Source: Microthyrium microscopicum (taxonomy: Eukaryota). From it: a stretch of DNA of 64,000 nt. Under the pieces are notes generated by a model, which worked only from the letters and a program-made list of their open reading frames with translations, had not been told where the DNA came from and ran no database searches. Position numbers and translations under genes: made by a program. Shown here piece by piece: positions 25,261-36,590 of the stretch (within the stretch, counting starts at the first letter, position 1; each line of letters opens with the position of its first letter). The DNA is taken from NCBI GenBank assembly GCA_010405405.1, contig MU004240.1, positions 1,622,814 through 1,686,813 of the forward strand, in the 5' to 3' direction.

Positions 25261-26792
25261 TTAGGCGTAGAAGTTGGCTAATCATAGTTAGTGAATGTTG
25301 GAAAAGTTGGAATATTCGTGACGTACCTGTCTCCTTCTTCTTGGCTTGTACCTCCGCTATAGCATCAACGTAATGTTCGTGGCTAATCTTGGTCTGGCCC
25401 AAACGCAAGGCGATCATACCAGCTTCAACACAGACAGCCTTCAGCTGAGCCCCACCAAACTCATCCGTACTTCTTGCCAATTCCTGCCAGTTGACGCCTT
25501 CGTCAACGGTCATCTTCCGACTATGAATTCGCATGATCTGAGCTCTAGCCTCCTCATTGGGAAGTGGAAACTCAATCTTCCGATCTAGACGACCAGATCG
25601 AAGAAGTGCAGGATCGAGTACGTCGACACGATTTGTGGCTGCGAGCACTTTGACGCGATCATCAGAGGCGAAACCATCCAATTGGTTTAGGAGTTCCAAC
25701 ATGGTTCGTTGTACTTCACGATCACCAGATTTATCGGAATCGAAACGTTTTGTGCCCACTGCATCCAACTCGTCAATGAAGATGATTGAAGGCGCCTTTT
25801 CTTTGGCGAGGGCGAAGCAATCGCGGACTAGTTTAGCACCGTCTCCAATGAACATTTGCACAAGTTGTGGTCCAGCAAGCTTGAGAAATGTTGCGTCTGT
25901 TTGAGCGGCGCAAGCTCTTGCGAGCAGAGTCTTTCCAGTTCCGGGAGGTCCATACATGAGAGCACCTATATTCATCAGCATGTTTTTATACCTGCCAGCA
26001 CTTGACAAAGCTTACCTTTGGGAGCTTTGATGCCAATCTTCTTGAATCGTTCAGCTTCCTTCATTGGCCATACAATTGCCTCAACGAGCTCTTCGATTTG
26101 CTTGTCTAGACCACCAACATCTGTGTACTTTTCTGTAGGTTTCTCGTCAACCTCCATGGCCTTTACTCTGCTGTCGTATTCTGCGGGGAGGGTATCAAGT
26201 ATAAGATAGGAATCCTTGTTCACACCGATAAGATCGCCGGGCTTGAGCTTCTCGTGGTCAACAAGTCCAATAAGCGGAAGAAAGATAGTCTGGCGGGTAG
26301 AGGTTTTGATGACAGCGGATTTGCCAATGCGTGTGGCATCGAGATCGATATTGGCACCTTCTTCGGCGGCTTCTTCGTCTACGTCAAGGTCGAGGATTTC
26401 GACAACGTTGCCGACGAGGTAAGGAAGCTGTCTGTGTTTTGTGAGCAATAATCCAGGCTACAGAAGGTGGGGGCATACCGGTTGTTTTCAATCTTATCCA
26501 TGTTGTCCTTGATCTTCTCATTCATTGTCGACTTTTCATGGCTAAGTCGCTGGAACTCGCTCTTCATTATTCTCAGCTCATTCTCCAGTAACCTACGCCG
26601 CGCTACGATGTCTCGTGTGCTGAGGGTCAGAATCTCGTCATCCAGAATTTCCTCTTCCTTTTCTTCGGGTGCATCTTTCATTTCATCATCACCACCTACT
26701 CCTTCTTTCTTTTCGCCATCGTCTTTCTTGTCGTCTTTCTTCTCCTCGCGTTGTTCTTGCTCAATATCATCGAGGTCTTCAAGGGTGGACAT
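25261..26792 (-). CDS. RPT5: 26S proteasome AAA-ATPase subunit 6A; 4 exons
   Basis: [27 protein letters not shown] and [22 protein letters not shown]; the last micro-exon encodes the C-terminal HbYX motif ..NFYA*. Confidence 0.97.
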
Positions 26793-26958
26793 GGTGGCGC
26801 GGCTATGGAAATGGAATTGATGGTGGATTGCTGGACGGGATTGAAGTGCTCAAAAGGCACTAAGTGGAATGGTATCGAGGGAAGTCGTATTAAAATGACG
26901 GGAAGTGTGAGCAAGTGAGGGAGATGAATGTTTTGGTCTTTCACCTTCCACCAAGCAC

Positions 26959-26964
26959 GGAGCT
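26959..26964. promoter_or_regulatory. Candidate proteasome-regulon (Rpn4-type) GGAGCT element in the RPT5/UBC6 divergent promoter
   Basis: GGAGCT lies ~170 bp upstream of RPT5. As I recall, this hexamer was reported upstream of proteasome genes in filamentous ascomycetes; a 6-mer can also occur by chance. Confidence 0.3.
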
Positions 26965-27346
26965 TTGAGCTTACGAACTGTGAGAGCCTGGCCAAGAGAT
27001 TGATGCCAAGGGCTACTAGCCAGTGGGAGCGGGGCGGAGAGAGCGGATCGGAACCAGCCAACGTTCTTTCCAGATCTAGGAGTTGTCACCCGAGAGTACT
27101 GTAGAAAGAGGCTTCGGCCCGAAACCCTGTGCCGACTTCCAGGTTACTACCAAATCCATTTCCCTCCACCTGTTGTCATCCATCAAATCCAGCGCATTGT
27201 CACAGACCTGTCCATTATTCACCAATCCATCAACCCCTCATAACCCTACATAACACTGTTGCCTGCGCTCTCGCTCTGTATACATCTTGTCGCCCATCTC
27301 CGTTCTCTCAGTATTCTCAGTTCCGTTCTATCTTCAGCTCTCCAAC

Positions 27347-28180
27347 ATGGCCTCCAACGCCGCCATCAAGCGCTTGACTAGAGAGTACGCCGCCATCCAA
27401 CAAAACCCTCCAGAGTACATCGTCGCCCACCCCTCTGAATCAAACATACTCGAATGGCACTATATCCTCACCGGCCCTCCCAACACTCCATACGAAGGCG
27501 GCCAATATTGGGGAACCCTCACATTCCCACCAGATTATCCATTCAATCCGCCCGCCATTCGAATGCTCACAGCCAGCGGCCGATTCCAGAGCAATACACG
27601 GTTATGTCTAAGCATAAGCGATTTCCACCCAAAGAGCTTCAATCCAGCCTGGAGCGTGTCCACAATCCTCATTGGCCTGATGAGTTTCATGACGGGCGAA
27701 GAGATGACGACAGGAAGCATCCGCGCTTCGGAAATGGAGAGACGAATCACGGCCGCGAAAACCCGATGGTTCAACTCAACTGGCAACGGTTCATCACTGC
27801 GAAAGATTCCCGGTGTGTCTGGAACCCAGGGCCCTTCTAGTACATCGCTGAGAACGGGAGATGGTGGAGCGAGATTTCGCGCAGAGTGGCCTGAAATAGA
27901 TGCGGAGAACTGGAAATGGATGGAAGAGCGACGAGTCGACCCTGCTACCGGAAACGTTGTCAAACCTAGCAGCACGCAAACTTGTGCACCTGGTGCTCGC
28001 GCTTTACCCATACTCAATTCGACGCCAGGCGCAGTGGTAGAAGGGGCGCAAGTAGCTCGCAATGCTGGGCAAGGGTTCATACGTCGCAATATCGGTCTGG
28101 TCATTTTCTTTGGCTTCATGGTATACGCAGTAGCCTCACGATTGTTGAGCGAAGGACGGTCAATGCATCAGGAGCTCTGA
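27347..28180 (+). CDS. UBC6: ER-anchored ubiquitin-conjugating enzyme E2 (Ubc6/UBE2J2)
   Basis: MASNAAIKRLTREY, NILEWHY, active site RLCLSISDFHP, NPAWSVSTIL and a C-terminal TM anchor. Confidence 0.96.
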   Translation: MASNAAIKRLTREYAAIQQNPPEYIVAHPSESNILEWHYILTGPPNTPYEGGQYWGTLTFPPDYPFNPPAIRMLTASGRFQSNTRLCLSISDFHPKSFNPAWSVSTILIGLMSFMTGEEMTTGSIRASEMERRITAAKTRWFNSTGNGSSLRKIPGVSGTQGPSSTSLRTGDGGARFRAEWPEIDAENWKWMEERRVDPATGNVVKPSSTQTCAPGARALPILNSTPGAVVEGAQVARNAGQGFIRRNIGLVIFFGFMVYAVASRLLSEGRSMHQEL

Positions 28181-28675
28181 TGATCTAGATGATGATAGAA
28201 GCGGATTGGTCTGGTGCGGATACAAGACATAGAACACATGATACCCCAACCACTCTTGTATTTCTCGTTTTTTTCTTTCATCTGTTCGACTTCATGTAGC
28301 ATTACAGCGCTAGACGGTACTTTTTGGCAAGGCCTGATGTATGATATACTGGAAAGCATTTTGGTTCTCTGGATATTGTAGGCCAATATAGACACCAAGG
28401 AAAAGCATTCATAAATGAGACCATCGTTATCAAACTGCTTATGTGGCTGCCTTGATGTGTGCAAGTTTGCAACCATCGTGCCCAGTGTCCACTTCTTACA
28501 TTCAGGTGGGGAAGCTGTTTACTGACTACTATCTGAAAAAATAGACAAATAGGCAGCTATTGAGGTTACATCTTACTAGTACAAGAAGAGTAATGAGTCA
28601 CGACAATAATAAAAACTCGAGTATCCCAACCTTCGCTAGCTTCGCCCAACTACACCATTTATTTTCATCTTCAGA

Positions 28676-29312
28676 ATGTCTATAACCACCTCCCGATTTA
28701 CTCTCGAGCCTTTGACCTTGGATCACAAAGAAGCATTCTTCCAATTTCGCAGCGATCCAAGAACATACAAATGGACGTAAGTCCTTCCTCCCGCCTCCAG
28801 TCCCTTTCAACTTTGTAACCACCATCAGTACGTCCGGCAAATGGACGTCAATGGACCAATGCACCACCTGGCTGAACGAGCGAATGGCCCGCCCAAAATG
28901 CGACCAATATGTCATCTGTCTATCCCCAGACTCACCGCTGGCCAAATCCTTGGACGCAAGTGCCCTTGCTGAAGTTCCCACACTGCCAAATGGGAACTAC
29001 TTCATCGGCTCCCTAGGTTTCCCGCGCAAAGACGAAATAGGCTATCTAGTCCATCCCGCAGTCTGGGGCAAAGGCGTGGCACCGGAAGCTATCAAGGCAG
29101 CGTTGACTGTGTACTTTGACAAGTATAAGGATGTGATGGAGGCGTCTGCGCATACGGACGAGGAGAATGGGCAGAGTAGGAGGGTGGTGGAGAAGTTGGG
29201 GTTCAAGTTGACGGATTATAAGGGGAGTTATGAGACCAGTTATTTGGGGAAGAGGACGGAGGTTGTTTATGTTATTGAGAGGGAGGTGGTTGAAGGTTGG
29301 AGTAAGAATTAA
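28676..29312 (+). CDS. GNAT acetyltransferase, RimJ/RimL-like; 2 exons
   Basis: Exon 1 MSITTSRFTLEPL; intron gtaagt...cag; EIGYLVHPAVWGKGVAPEA and N.QSRRVVEKLGF motifs. Confidence 0.9.
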
Positions 29313-29983
29313 CTCATATGTGTTAGAAATAGATCGTTGACGAGATAGTTGAATGTCTGATAGAGATACGTTTTGTTAAATTACGAATTTTAGCATTCTT
29401 TGCAATGGCCCCATTTCTTTCTGTAGGGGGTTTTATTGAGCCTAAAATGTGCTGCAGAGTTGACATTCACGGGGGATCAAGTTCTAGAGGCTCTTTCATT
29501 TCGACTCAACTTCTCGACTGCCACCGTTATGTGTAAAGATTTCCAGAACGCATATGCCAGCTGCAGGCGCAATGAAAGCATACGACAGCTACCTAGGTAC
29601 CTGAGAGCAGAGAGATGTCATTTGGTCTGAATTTCATCATAACGAGTGAAGCCATTCTCAGTGTAGATTGAATAGTAGAGTACTTCGATCCTAGATCTCA
29701 ATTTCATGACATGATATATACCAGTGACTATCTGCCCGAGACTACAGCTCATAACCTACTACGATGACAAACGGCCAGTTGATATTGACGCTCAGTATCC
29801 CGCAAGTCACCTCTCCTGCGTCTCCCGAATCTCAAAGTGACGAAACACCAGGAGTCACTCAACACTCCTCGAACTTACAATGTGTCCCCACCTACAAATA
29901 TACCTCCGACTCTTCTATCCACATTCTTCAACCCTCTACCAAATCCATCACAATCATCGATTATCAAAACATCGAATATCAGA

Positions 29984-30613
29984 ATGTGCGCCATAACAAT
30001 GATCGAGTACAGCTGCCTCTGGGCCCACCGAGTCCACACTCGCACCGACCTATGCCCAAATGCCCGCTCTCCCAGCTCCGAATGCAACGCCTGTGACAAA
30101 TGTTTCCGCGAACCCAAGGAAGCCAAGCGAGTTGGCCTTCATTTCCCCTCCCGCCACCGCGTCGGCTGCCGCTACCGACAACGGTATGGACGTCCTTGTG
30201 CTACGGGCAACACATTCTGGTTCATCCGCAAAGGCGGAGAGGGATGTCCAGTGTGTTACTGGGAAGGTGAAGAAGAGGCCAGTGAGATTGAGGGATATTG
30301 TCATTCCAAGTGGATATGCCATAATTTGTTGAAGCTATATGGGGCTGGTCATAAGGGTCGGTGTGCGTTCAGAGACGTTGTTGGATTGCAGGATGGTACG
30401 CCGACAGGGGTTTATAGCGAGGCAGATAGTCTGGAGCTAGAAGAGTGGTGGGATGTTGAGGCGCAGGTGACGAATTTGGGGACGGTGATGGGGCTTTTTG
30501 ATCGTGAGGGTACGGAGAGACAAACTTCTGAGTTGCCGGAGGTGCATACCGGCTTTACGGATGCTGAGGATGCTGTGGTTGAGGATATAGTCCACGAGGT
30601 CCATCTTGACTAA
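29984..30613 (+). CDS. Cys/His-rich hypothetical protein with an acidic C-terminus, possibly Zn-binding
   Basis: Starts MC.....YSC...H; CxxCxxC, CPVC and CHxxxxCH motifs; no signal peptide. Confidence 0.6.
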   Translation: MCAITMIEYSCLWAHRVHTRTDLCPNARSPSSECNACDKCFREPKEAKRVGLHFPSRHRVGCRYRQRYGRPCATGNTFWFIRKGGEGCPVCYWEGEEEASEIEGYCHSKWICHNLLKLYGAGHKGRCAFRDVVGLQDGTPTGVYSEADSLELEEWWDVEAQVTNLGTVMGLFDREGTERQTSELPEVHTGFTDAEDAVVEDIVHEVHLD

Positions 30614-30666
30614 TTGAACAAAGGTCTGGTCCAGTAGGTGGTCCGGTATGAGGCAGTCATGACAGT

Positions 30667-31731
30667 TCATTCCTTTGGATACTTACCAAGCCCATCACAC
30701 AAACTCTGAATAAGTTGTTGATTATGAGCTTCTTCAGAAAAGCTCACTCGATCGGTCACCCATTGCAGCCATTCTTCAGCTCGAGCACCACTTTCAGCAT
30801 CTAGGAGACCTATAGCGACATCAAGCAACGTTGGTCGTTGGCTCCCTTCCCAGAATACATCAGCACCACAATCTCCACAGAAATGTCTAGTCGTTCCAGG
30901 TGAACTCTCATATGTCTTTGCAGTACCCAGTCTCATTCCTTGCTCATACTTTCGGCCATCTGGCAGTTCAATATTATCAGTTGGAACAAAAGTCCACTGT
31001 ACAATATCAAATCCAGAGATTAATCGACAACTCTTGCAAGCACAATGGCCAGCCAGATATCGTTTGCGGTCCTCTGACAGCCACCAAGAAACATTGCTAG
31101 GGTTTTCGGCGGATTTGCCAGAATTATATGGGACGAGGAGGTCAGGGAAGGGAGACTCAGCCAGGAGAGATTGCTCGTTAGGTCTGGTTATGCAGAACTC
31201 AACACCACGGCAGTGACAGTGGACATGTAGTTTGTTGTCAGTCGACTGGCAGCCTCGTTCTGAGGCTGAAGGACTGTCTCTCCAATCAAAAGGCGCAAGT
31301 TCGCTACCTATGTCCTTGAGATATTGCTTTGTCCGGTGTGCTCCGATCTCCTTGATCCAGATACTTGCCCCGCCGTCGACGGTTTCCGCGAGCCAGATAT
31401 GCCCCTGATGAGTAACGATGCCATTGGAGGATTGCAAAGTGCCGGTGGAGACTTCAAAGTGGCCATCATCGTTATGTTCTAGAAATAAATGCGCTCCACA
31501 ATTCGAGCAAAAGTGCCGTTTGATAGCCTCGGAGGATTTGTATGTGGATACACATTCTAGATTGGGAGAAGGGTTCTCGGGTGGAATTGGAACGTAGGAA
31601 GTTAGCAGCACACCAGAGATCCGTCGACAAGTATTGCAAGAGCAGAGATAGGCTTGAAGCGGCAGAGATTCTTTGGGCACAGTGAAGGAGTACTTGGATC
31701 CCCCGCAATGGCATGAGCATGTGAGGATCAT
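30667..31731 (-). CDS. Tandem GFA/CENP-V (Mss4-like) domain protein
   Basis: Two copies of CxCG...CxCxxCR...RxFCxxCG. Confidence 0.9.
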   Translation of the reverse strand: MILTCSCHCGGSKYSFTVPKESLPLQAYLCSCNTCRRISGVLLTSYVPIPPENPSPNLECVSTYKSSEAIKRHFCSNCGAHLFLEHNDDGHFEVSTGTLQSSNGIVTHQGHIWLAETVDGGASIWIKEIGAHRTKQYLKDIGSELAPFDWRDSPSASERGCQSTDNKLHVHCHCRGVEFCITRPNEQSLLAESPFPDLLVPYNSGKSAENPSNVSWWLSEDRKRYLAGHCACKSCRLISGFDIVQWTFVPTDNIELPDGRKYEQGMRLGTAKTYESSPGTTRHFCGDCGADVFWEGSQRPTLLDVAIGLLDAESGARAEEWLQWVTDRVSFSEEAHNQQLIQSLCDGLGKYPKE

Positions 31732-31829
31732 GTTGATGTGTTGCTGGGTTGATGCTCTGGTGATGTGTGTATGATTCGTTAAGAGCTCCAGACTGGAAGG
31801 AGGCAGCTACAGCATTGTAACATTGATCG

Positions 31830-31865
31830 CTTCAACACTTCAACACTTCAACACTTCAACACTTC
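31830..31865. repeat. Short tandem repeat (CTTCAACA)x4
   Basis: Directly visible upstream of the GFA gene. Confidence 0.9.
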
Positions 31866-32369
31866 CCGTTTGCTTGAGCAATTTGTGAAATAATACAATT
31901 TGATATGAGATTCATACAAACAACAGACAAAGGGTCATGTTTGGAGAAAACGTCCAGTGAAGCTTCCTTCTTTCTCATGAAATGCGGGGTCGATGTTTAC
32001 GAGCTTCAATCATTACACCCATAATCGAAAAGTGATGGTCGGCGACCCTCCCCCATGTATGTTGTGCTTTACATAATTCCACCAATCACACGTAAAATAG
32101 CCTGTGGCTTTGGGTGGTAGAAAATTAGGCTATTTCGTGCTATCTTATGAAGCGTTCTAAATATTAAAGTGGTATTCTATAATTAGTGTGCCAGAATTAG
32201 TGTTTTAGCTACTGTTTGAAAGCTCTTGATCTGAATATGTCCATTTGGACATCTCTTGACATTCTCTTACCTGTTTTGTATGCAAATCAATTGTTCTTAT
32301 CCCGTACTCTTATTATGGACCCTATTTAGTTAGAAATAGCTTAAATTGAAGTGGGATTAATCCTATCTC

Positions 32370-33400
32370 GACATAGACGCCATATTACGAACTATAGATA
32401 ATAAGCTATTATTAGAATACTTTAAATAAGCGAACCTATCTCTAGAATTGCTAAATCCATTAGTATTAGTAAATCTACTATACGTCTCTATTGCGCTCAT
32501 CTTAATTAAGTAACTGGCAAGTATATTAAGCGCCCTTATTATACCTTTAGTTACATTTTAGAGATATCTAACTCTATACGTAATTTTATACTAGAAATAC
32601 TAGTATAGAAGGGGACTCTCTACCTAGACGAAATGTCGTTATTACTATAGTAAGAGCTTAATGTAAGCTATGGTAACTAAGTAATTTAAAGAGAACTATA
32701 ACGCGTAAACTAGACGAAGAAGTAAGTACGTTAACTATATTACCTTATAATTCCTATACTAATCTAGCTTCTTCTAGGTTAAAGAGATTACTTAATAACG
32801 CTATAGCCTTTAACGAGACGTATATTTTGAACGTATAAGTATCTATACTTCTAAATAGCTAGTTTTTATAGATAAGAATAGTAGTAGTAAACTAAATACT
32901 TGCCATTAAATAGGATAAAGCCTATAGAGTATTATTATAGAGTCGTTTAAGCGATTAAATTACTTTAAAAGGAAGAACTTGCTGCTAGCTTATACTAGTA
33001 ATAGCCTTCTTACTAAGCTAATTTATAAGGTAAATATGAATTAAGATGGCTTTAAATAGTTCTTAAAGTATACTCTTCTACCTATTTATAGTGTTTACTC
33101 TACTTTGCATAGTGTTATTATTATAAATAACGCTTCTTTTTATTATAATAGACGAATTTAAGAGATTTACGACTTATAAAAAGTTAGATTAGAATATTTA
33201 CTACTATATTCCCTAGATCTTAATCTAATTAAAGCCTTTTTTAGTAATCTAAAGTCCTAACTAAAGTAGTATCGTCTTAACTTTAATAGAGGTTAAACCT
33301 ATAAAGAAAGGTTTTAACTTTTTATTAATATTTTTAAAGAAGAAGTTTATATGCTAGGAGAGGATAAATAGCGCGTAAAAGTATATTTTAGATATATTAA
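32370..33400 (+). pseudogene. RIPed DD34E transposase
   Basis: HTH-like EPISRIAKSISISKSTIR; LYLDEM; LVFID at 32859-32873; SVIIINNASF (de-RIP SVIIMDNASF, D at 33126); YLLLYSLDLNLIK (de-RIP YLPPYSPDLNPIE, E at 33231), giving 34 residues between D and E. Probable intron gtacgt...ctaat...tag at ~32726-32778. Confidence 0.9.
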
Positions 33401-33609
33401 ATAGCTATACTAAATACTTATATTTTTTTTAGAATTAAATTCCGTTATTTTATTATAGTAATCTTATAGTAATAAAGTTAAGTTTTGATAGTAGTTTTCT
33501 AGATTAGCTACTTTGTAGAATCTTAAGTTATATTTTGTTAGATTAAGATTATTTAGATAAGATAATATCCTATTTAGGTTTAGTGCTTACCTATCTAGGT
33601 TTAGCCTAT

Positions 33610-35370
33610 GTATAATCTTAAATTATAAGAGTAAGATTTACTTACACCTTATAATATTATCTCTTTAGACTTTAATTATTAACTATTTTAAACGCTATTT
33701 ATTATAAAAATAACTTAAAAGAACTAAATTATATCTTAAGGAAACCCGCAATATGTCTATCTATTAAAGAAGAGTATTCTTCTTATATTTAAACCTTATG
33801 CTACTACTCTTTAATAGTATCTTGTATTTTAATTAAAATAAATTTATTTATTATTAAATCCTAAGTATAAAACTAAATAATCTCTCTTTCTTAAAGATAA
33901 ATAGGGCATATAAAATGAATATATATAACAAAAATTACCTTTTTAATCGTAACTTTAAAAGGGTTAGTTCCTTAAACTTTACTACTAGTAAGCTTCTTTA
34001 CGATTTAAGGCTTAAATCTACTTAGCTCGTTAAAGATATTAGTATTAAGGTAGATCTTTAGATATAGGTAATTAATTATATCTATTATTAAAGTTAAAGT
34101 AGTATTAGATACCTCTATATAGTTATAAATTATAACTCTAGCTTTAGAACTAATAGAATTAATAGGTCCTAGTTAATAAACTTATTATTGTTAAATAATA
34201 TTATAAATAGCTATAAAGGAATGCGCGATATTAATATTTAGAGTTTAGCTAGCCTATTCTAAAGCCTAAAGAATAAGTAATTCCTTATCTATAAAGTAGT
34301 AGTAATGCGTATTATTAGTCTAGTAAGCCTTCTTTTTGTAATAAGGATAAGTATCGTATTTATAAGCGTACTTTATTATTAATTATTTGTATTTATTAAG
34401 CGCGTTATTATCTAGCTAATTATCTTCGTTAGTAGTGTTTTAGGAGGCATTTTGATTGCTAAGTAGGTTATTTTGGCTCGCTTTAATATTCTGATCCTAT
34501 AGTTCTCGCATTATTGTAGATACTAAAGTTCTAATAACGTTATTAGTTCTAATAGTAGTACTAGAAGCTTTAAAGGAAAGGATTAATATAAATATTAGCT
34601 TCTAATTCTAATAAGAAGTAAATTAGGAGTTAATCTTATTATTAAGAGGCCTGAATTAATTAAGTTCTTCTTCGTCGTCTTGTTATAGAGAGTATTTAAG
34701 TAAAGGGTAAGTAAATTCTAGTATAATCTTCCTTAAAATTGTTAACGTTAAAGAATATAGGATTAGGTCTAAAAAGATAGTATATATATACTATAGACGT
34801 CTCTTAATGGCAAAATGCTAATCTTAAAGGCGTATAATCTTCTTATAGGCTAAAAGGATAGTATTAAGGTTGTGAAAGAAGATGTAATTAAATTTACTCT
34901 TTAAGATAATGCCCTTTTCTTAATACTTTATAAAATATTTAACGATAATATTAAAGTCTTTAGGAATCTTAACTTTATCGTTTGCAGCGTTTTTAGCCTC
35001 TAATTAGTCTAATTCTATCTTATTAGATTTTATAGATTATAGTAGTAGGGACGTAGGTATTTAAGATTATAGAGGATTAATTTAAAGGCTTAAAGAACTT
35101 GACGGTAAGGGTAGAATATAATTATAGTTTAAGGGTGCTAACGTTACTAGTGTAGAAGATATAAAAGAGCTAATAGTAGTATTTGCTTTGGCTTTAGCTA
35201 AAGGCTTTTGAACGCGTCTACTAGCACGTTTTTAGAGGGCAGAATAAATAGAAGATTTAGCTTTATAACCTATATTAAGCGACGGTAAGGTTGAATTATA
35301 ATTAAATTTAATAAAGGAACGAGAAAGTTAAAGTAATAATAAAGTAGTAAGAATACGTACTTTACCATTA
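33610..35370 (-). pseudogene. RIPed second ORF of the transposon (~560 codons), function unknown
   Basis: One minus-strand frame reads as protein apart from TAA/TAG codons that RIP can explain: Ser/Pro-rich N-terminus, QDDEEEL, and a de-RIP Cys/His/Trp motif (C....C......CW.....H......L..WA) at ~34250-34375. Confidence 0.55.
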
Positions 35371-36338
35371 AGATAAATCATATATTTAGTATATTTAGCT
35401 TTAGTAAGAGCTGATATAACTTAGAAACAGCTGAGATAACTTAGAATAAGCATAGTAGAAGAGTAGATATTAATTATTTAGTAGACTAGAAGAAGCTAAC
35501 TATTATGGTTATTATAACATAACATAAATACCAAGATCTAGCATACTAACGCCTAAAACTAGCACTAAAAGATCTAGCGCCAAAAATAACCAGAGTTCTA
35601 TAGATTCTAGTTCTATAGGCTATTTTACGTGTGATTGGTGGAATCTGTGAAAATCTAGCAATTACTACATACAAGGGGGTGTCTGAGCGACCATCACTTT
35701 TCGATTATGGGTGTAATGCCCAGACCTTTTGACAGCTGCCAATCTGTGACAAAGATATTCTAGAAGCGATCGCCCAAAGCGCTTGTAACTCGTCTTCTTC
35801 CGCGGGATAATCAACTGTGGATCTTTTCTCTACCTCTCAGCTGATGTCCTCTCATGCAGTAGAGGCACCCAACGCCGCAAAGATTGATCCCAGAACCTCT
35901 TGAGCAAGTGAAAAAACAAGCAAGAATGCTAGACCAATCCTGTCCTTACGTACATCCCCTGTGGGGGATTGCGGACGTTTCAGTCAAGCAAGCAGGTCAT
36001 ATCTGCACCCCGCCAGCCAGGCTTTGACAGAGACGTCCTAGGGAAATATACTGGCCCCGGCGGCCCGTCGATCCTGGAGCAAGATTTCTTACGACGCCAA
36101 AGTTGCTCATGGGCTAGATGGAGGGCCTTACGCGGCTATAGCCGGGGCAATAGACCTCATCATTGGATCTTGGGAGGAGAATCCCAGGCCGTAACCGGCG
36201 AGCTGCAGACTCTAGGTGGGATAGTGGCCGAAGCTAGGGATATCGGATAGGCAGTTGGAAGCATTGGTCCAACAGAATGAGGGGCAAGTGTGGACGGGGG
36301 AGCGTTTGGAGTGGAGTGTTTGGAGGGAAAAGTAGTGG

Positions 36339-36345
36339 TATAAAA
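36339..36345 (+). promoter_or_regulatory. TATA box of the metallothionein gene
   Basis: TATAAAA ~125 bp upstream of the ATG, followed by a CAA-rich 5' leader. Confidence 0.6.
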
Positions 36346-36464
36346 GGGTTGATAGGGAAGCGTATCACCTTTGATCCTCTTCTTTCAACCAACTACTATC
36401 AGAAACTCAAACAAACAACATCAACACTTATCAACCTACCAAACAACAATCTTCAATCATCAAC

Positions 36465-36590
36465 ATGGCTGAATGCACTTCCTGCAGCTGCGCTACCTGC
36501 CAATGCCCCGAGGGAGCATGCAAGTGCGACGTACGTTGACATGACGCTTCCTATGCAGTGATTATGTGCTCACATACCATACAGAAGTAA
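36465..36590 (+). CDS. Metallothionein, 23 aa (MAECTSCSCATCQCPEGACKCDK), likely Cu-binding; 2 exons
   Basis: caacATGG context; 7 Cys with three CxC pairs and no aromatic residues; intron 36531-36584 (gtacgt..gctcac..acag); last exon AAG TAA. Absent from the ORF track because it is too short. Confidence 0.88.

Larger units (their letters stand above)
32016..35713 (+). mobile_element. RIP-inactivated Tc1/IS630-type DNA transposon (3.7 kb) with TIRs and a TA target duplication
   Basis: The terminal inverted repeat CACCCATAATCGAAAAGTGATGGTCG is perfect at both ends. A second inverted block ATTCCACCAATCACACGTAAAATAGCCT lies at ~32076-32103 and ~35617-35644. TA flanks both ends (32014-15 and 35714-15), and the interior is RIPed. 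Confidence 0.93.

Noticed and set aside
25346..26820. Plus-strand ORFs over RPT5, and similar antisense ORFs over UBC6, the ABC gene, ETR1, MAE1 and SSF1
   Set aside because: These are antisense shadows of conserved coding sequence.
35720..36330. Ace1-type copper response elements upstream of the metallothionein
   Set aside because: GCTG cores are present, but the two I examined do not fit the HTHNNGCTG consensus.
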